NCBI GenBank assembly: GCA_031362885.1 | Contig: JANLTJ010000051.1 | Coordinates: 10,629-74,628 of the forward strand | Source: Betaproteobacteria bacterium | GTDB lineage: Bacteria > Pseudomonadota > Gammaproteobacteria > Burkholderiales > JACQAP01 | Reading direction: 5' to 3' | Length of the DNA: 64,000 nucleotides | In this document: positions 60,746 through 64,000 of the stretch, piece by piece | How positions within the stretch are numbered: the stretch's first letter is position 1 | How the letters are laid out: every line of letters starts with the position of its first letter | Program-made: the position numbers and the translations under genes | Notes under the pieces: model-generated | What the model saw: only the letters and a program-made list of their open reading frames with translations | Database searches by the model: none | Told to the model about the DNA's origin: nothing

Positions 60746-62155
60746 CTATGCGCTGTAGTACATATCGAACTCGACCGGGTGGGTCGTCATCCGGAAGCGC
60801 GTGACTTCCTCCATCTTCAATTCGATGTAGGCCTTGATCATGTCCTCGGAGAAGACTCCGCCCTTGGTCAGGAAAGCGTGATCCGCTTCCAGACTCTCAA
60901 GCGCTTGGTCGAGCGAGTGACAGGGATGTGGCACCTTCGCGGCTTCCTCGGGAGGCAAGTCATACAGATTCTTGTCGATCGGATCGCCCGGATGAATCTT
61001 GTTCTGCACGCCGTCGAGCCCGGCCATCAACAGGGCGGCGAAGGCCAGATAGGGATTGGCCGTCGGATCGGGGAAGCGCACTTCGACGCGACGACCCTTG
61101 GGGCTCGCAACGTGCGGAATACGGCACGCCGCAGAGCGATTCTTCGCCGAGTACGCCAGATTGATCGGAGCTTCAAAACCGGGCACCAGACGCTTATACG
61201 AGTTGGTACCCGGGTTGGTAATGGCGTTCAGGGCGCGGGCATGCTTGATGATGCCGCCGATGTAGTAGAGGGCAAAGTCCGACAGTCCGGCGTAGCCGTT
61301 GCCGGCGAACAGGTTCTGGCCATTCTTCCACACCGATTGATGCACATGCATGCCGGACCCGTTGTCGCCGACAATCGGTTTGGGCATGAAAGTGGCGGTC
61401 TTGCCATATGAATGCGCGACATTCCATACCGTGTACTTGAGGATCTGCAGCCAGTCCGCGCGCTTGACCAGGGAATTGAACTTGGTGCCGATTTCGCATT
61501 GACCCGGAGCGGCCACTTCATGGTGGTGGACTTCGACTTCCACGCCCTGCTGCTCAAGTGCGAGGCACATGGCATTGCGAATGTCTTGCAGGGAGTCGAT
61601 CGGTGGCACAGGAAAATATCCACCCTTTACCGGCGGACGGTGACCCATGTTGCCGCCTTCAAATTCCTTGCCGGTTGACCAGGGCGCTTCTTCCGAGGAA
61701 ACTTTGACGAAGCTACCGGACATGTCGATGTTCCAGGTGACGCTGTCAAAAATGAAAAACTCGGGTTCAGGGCCGAAATAGGCTACGTCGCCAATGCCGC
61801 TCGATTTCAGGTAGGCCTCCGCGCGCTTGGCAAGCGAACGCGGATCGCGATCGTAACCCTTGCCGTCCGTGGGTTCGATCACATCGCAGGTTATGTTGAG
61901 CGTGACTTCGTCGGAGAATGGATCCAGCCGCGAGGAATCGGCATCGGGCATCAGCAGCATGTCGGAGGCTTGAATGCCCTTCCAACCCGCAATGGACGAG
62001 CCATCAAAAGCGTGTCCATCGTCAAACTTGTCCTGACCGAATGCATGCGCCGGGACCGTTACGTGTTGTTCCTTGCCGCGCGTATCGGTGAATCGCAAGT
62101 CTACGAACTTGACGTCGTTTTCTTTAATCGATTTGAGTACGTCTGCTACCGCCAT
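60746..62155 (-). CDS. glnA: Glutamine synthetase type I
   Basis: [40 protein letters not shown] adenylylation site. Confidence 0.98.
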   Translation of the reverse strand: MAVADVLKSIKENDVKFVDLRFTDTRGKEQHVTVPAHAFGQDKFDDGHAFDGSSIAGWKGIQASDMLLMPDADSSRLDPFSDEVTLNITCDVIEPTDGKGYDRDPRSLAKRAEAYLKSSGIGDVAYFGPEPEFFIFDSVTWNIDMSGSFVKVSSEEAPWSTGKEFEGGNMGHRPPVKGGYFPVPPIDSLQDIRNAMCLALEQQGVEVEVHHHEVAAPGQCEIGTKFNSLVKRADWLQILKYTVWNVAHSYGKTATFMPKPIVGDNGSGMHVHQSVWKNGQNLFAGNGYAGLSDFALYYIGGIIKHARALNAITNPGTNSYKRLVPGFEAPINLAYSAKNRSAACRIPHVASPKGRRVEVRFPDPTANPYLAFAALLMAGLDGVQNKIHPGDPIDKNLYDLPPEEAAKVPHPCHSLDQALESLEADHAFLTKGGVFSEDMIKAYIELKMEEVTRFRMTTHPVEFDMYYSA

Positions 62156-62213
62156 TCTGATCTCCTGAGTTATTGAGTTGAGCGCGAGAAATTAATGTTG
62201 AGGCCACCGAATC

Positions 62214-62229
62214 TGCAGGAATCGTGCCT
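62214..62229 (-). promoter_or_regulatory. Sigma54 (-24/-12) promoter of glnA
   Basis: AGGCACG-ATTC-CTGCA (GG-N10-GC). Confidence 0.75.
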
Positions 62230-62291
62230 GGCAATAAGAGCCAATAAGCCTATGATCTACAGATGCTTAACCCACTTGTATTGCACTCGGA

Positions 62292-62338
62292 CGCACTAAA
62301 AGCGAGCCAGAATTCAATGGGGGCTCGAAATTAGTGCA
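62292..62338. promoter_or_regulatory. Paired NtrC enhancer sites
   Basis: GCAC-TAAAAGC-GAGC and GCTC-GAAATTA-GTGCA, about 30 bp apart, upstream of the sigma54 site. Confidence 0.7.
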
Positions 62339-62462
62339 TGAAGACAATCTTGGCAAGCAAATTCTGAATGGGGATCGAATCTGATAGTCTCAATCTGATG
62401 AGTGAGCTTGGCCCCTTGCCCAGAAACATCGCTAATCTTAAGTGCTTGTATAGGAAAAAATA

Positions 62463-62915
62463 ATGACCGATACATCCCATATTCTGAATAAAGCGCGGCA
62501 GCGAGCCCAGGAGTTGAATCTGCCCTACGCCGGTGCACTATTGCCGTCCGAAGCGTTCGCACTGCTTCAAGAGGTTTCGAACGCGAAGCTGATCGATGTG
62601 CGCACCCGCGCCGAGTGGGATTTTGTCGGTCGCGTACCAGGCAGTGTACCGATCGAATGGCAAAGCTATCCCAGCTCCGAGCGCAATGCCGCGTTCCTGA
62701 GCGAGCTTGCCGCACAGGTGAAAAAAGAGGACCTGGTCATGTTTCTGTGCCGCAGCGGCGCTCGCTCGCATGCGGCAGCCGTGGTGGCATGCCAGATTGG
62801 ATATGCCCGCAGCTACAACATTCTGGAGGGGTTCGAGGGCGACAAAGATGCACAGGGGCATCGCGCCTCGGTCGGCGGCTGGCAGTTCGCAGGACTGCCT
62901 TGGACGCAGGGTTGA
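62463..62915 (+). CDS. Rhodanese-like domain protein
   Basis: LIDVRT.AEW, LCRSGARS, NILEGFEG, GW...GLPW. Confidence 0.9.
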   Translation: MTDTSHILNKARQRAQELNLPYAGALLPSEAFALLQEVSNAKLIDVRTRAEWDFVGRVPGSVPIEWQSYPSSERNAAFLSELAAQVKKEDLVMFLCRSGARSHAAAVVACQIGYARSYNILEGFEGDKDAQGHRASVGGWQFAGLPWTQG

Positions 62916-62958
62916 TGGCCGATGAATGTTGGATTGGCTGATTTACTGCCGGAGTTCT

Positions 62959-63783
62959 TCAGTCAACAGTCCAGTTCACCGCGCCAGTGTAGGCCGTCGC
63001 CAGGACAATAAAGCCGAAGGCAATCCGGTACCAGGCAAAGATCGTAAAATCGTGTCTGATGATGTAGCGCAGCAACCAGCGCACGCAGACAAAAGCCGAA
63101 GCGAATGCGGCGGCAAGCCCGACCGCCAATATTCCAAGGTCGTCAACCGAGAGCAGGTTGCGATGCCTGAGCAACTCGTACGCCGACGCGGCAAACAGCA
63201 CCGGGATCGCCAGAAAAAAAGAAAATTCCGTGGCGGCCCGGCGCGACAGGCCCAAAAACAGGCCACCGATGATGGTGGCGCCGGCGCGCGAAGTACCTGG
63301 AATCAAGGCCAGCGTTTGCGCGAGTCCGATCTTCAGGGCGTCCGACCAGATCATGTCCTCCACGCTGCTCACCCTGATTTCGTGTTTGCGGCGTTCGGCC
63401 CATAAGATGATGAGACCGCCCACAATGAACGCCACGGCAACGGGCACCGGCTTGAACAAAGCGGCCTTGATTGCCGAGCCGAACAATAGTCCGAGAATGG
63501 CGAGCGGGGAAAAGGCGATCAGAAGATTGGATGCGAAACGCCGGGCTTGGGGATCGGAGGGCAGACGCGCCACGACCGAAGCCAGTCTTGCGCGGTACTC
63601 CCAGACAATCGCGAGAATGGCACCGCACTGAATCACAATCTCAAACAGCTTTCCTTTTTCATCGTTGAAGCCAAGCAGATCGCCAACCAGAATTAAATGA
63701 CCGGTGCTTGAGATCGGCAGAAACTCGGTGAGCCCTTCGACGACGCCGAGGATAAGGGCTTTGACCAGCAGTGGCAGTTCCAT
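62959..63783 (-). CDS. uppP: Undecaprenyl-diphosphatase
   Basis: [37 protein letters not shown]. Confidence 0.96.
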   Translation of the reverse strand: MELPLLVKALILGVVEGLTEFLPISSTGHLILVGDLLGFNDEKGKLFEIVIQCGAILAIVWEYRARLASVVARLPSDPQARRFASNLLIAFSPLAILGLLFGSAIKAALFKPVPVAVAFIVGGLIILWAERRKHEIRVSSVEDMIWSDALKIGLAQTLALIPGTSRAGATIIGGLFLGLSRRAATEFSFFLAIPVLFAASAYELLRHRNLLSVDDLGILAVGLAAAFASAFVCVRWLLRYIIRHDFTIFAWYRIAFGFIVLATAYTGAVNWTVD

Positions 63784-63800
63784 GGACTCCCCGCGAACAT

Positions 63801-63830
63801 AAAAAAAGCGGCGAATGCCTTAACCGCCAC
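63801..63830 (-). terminator. Intrinsic terminator after thiC
   Basis: GTGGCGG...TTCGCCGC followed by T7 on the minus strand. Confidence 0.55.
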
Positions 63831-63845
63831 AAGTACGAACCGACG

Positions 63846-64000
63846 CTAAGCCTTGCGATAGATTTCTGCGCCGCCGGCGACGAATTCCGCTGCTTTCTCG
63901 GTCATTCCTTTTTCCAGCGCTTCGACCTCCGGAACGCCGAGAGCCGCGGCATAATCACGCACATCCTGAGTGATTTTCATGGAACAGAAATGCGGTCCGC
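63846..64000 (-). CDS. thiC: Phosphomethylpyrimidine synthase, 3' end only
   Basis: Translates to [18 protein letters not shown]...GM.EKAAEF..GGAEIY, the ThiC C-terminus. Confidence 0.9.
   Translation of the reverse strand, partial: GPHFCSMKITQDVRDYAAALGVPEVEALEKGMTEKAAEFVAGGAEIYRKA

Noticed and set aside
63846-64000. TPP riboswitch expected for thiC
   Set aside because: It would lie upstream of thiC, outside this window.

Overview
A 64 kb stretch of core chromosome from a GC-rich betaproteobacterium (gene order and protein style suggest a Nitrosomonadales/Rhodocyclales/Burkholderiales-like organism; this is inference). Gene order: maf-rng, dynamin-like GTPase, yggT-proC-(MxaD-like)-yggS, pilTU, a THUMP methyltransferase/HIRAN/hemJ/ferredoxin/MazG/VanZ run, a DHH protein, potABCD, an OprP-type porin, ubiBJE, phoBR, tRNA-Arg(CCG), ubiH/I-dsbC-tonB-mltA-apaG, rpe-gph-trpEGDC, a porin, a DUF4258/DUF2283 toxin-antitoxin-like pair, valS-holC-pepA, lptFG, an ECF sigma module, yqgEF-pyrRBC', prlC, xth, ntrCB-glnA, rhodanese, uppP and the 3' end of thiC. 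I found no CRISPR array, rRNA, prophage, integrase or transposase. The most notable observations are: (1) the orphan gene between holC and valS looks like a PopZ-type polar scaffold; (2) a 123-bp MITE-like element has inserted exactly at the ntrB start codon, duplicating ATGAA, supplying a new SD and creating a coupled uORF; (3) palindromic repeats are inserted in frame in valS; (4) a Trp-rich leader peptide is coupled to gph upstream of trpE; (5) two genes probably use CTG starts, one encoding a secreted HIRAN protein; (6) a soluble dynamin-like GTPase is encoded next to YggT. All family calls come from recognising motifs by eye; no database searches were run.
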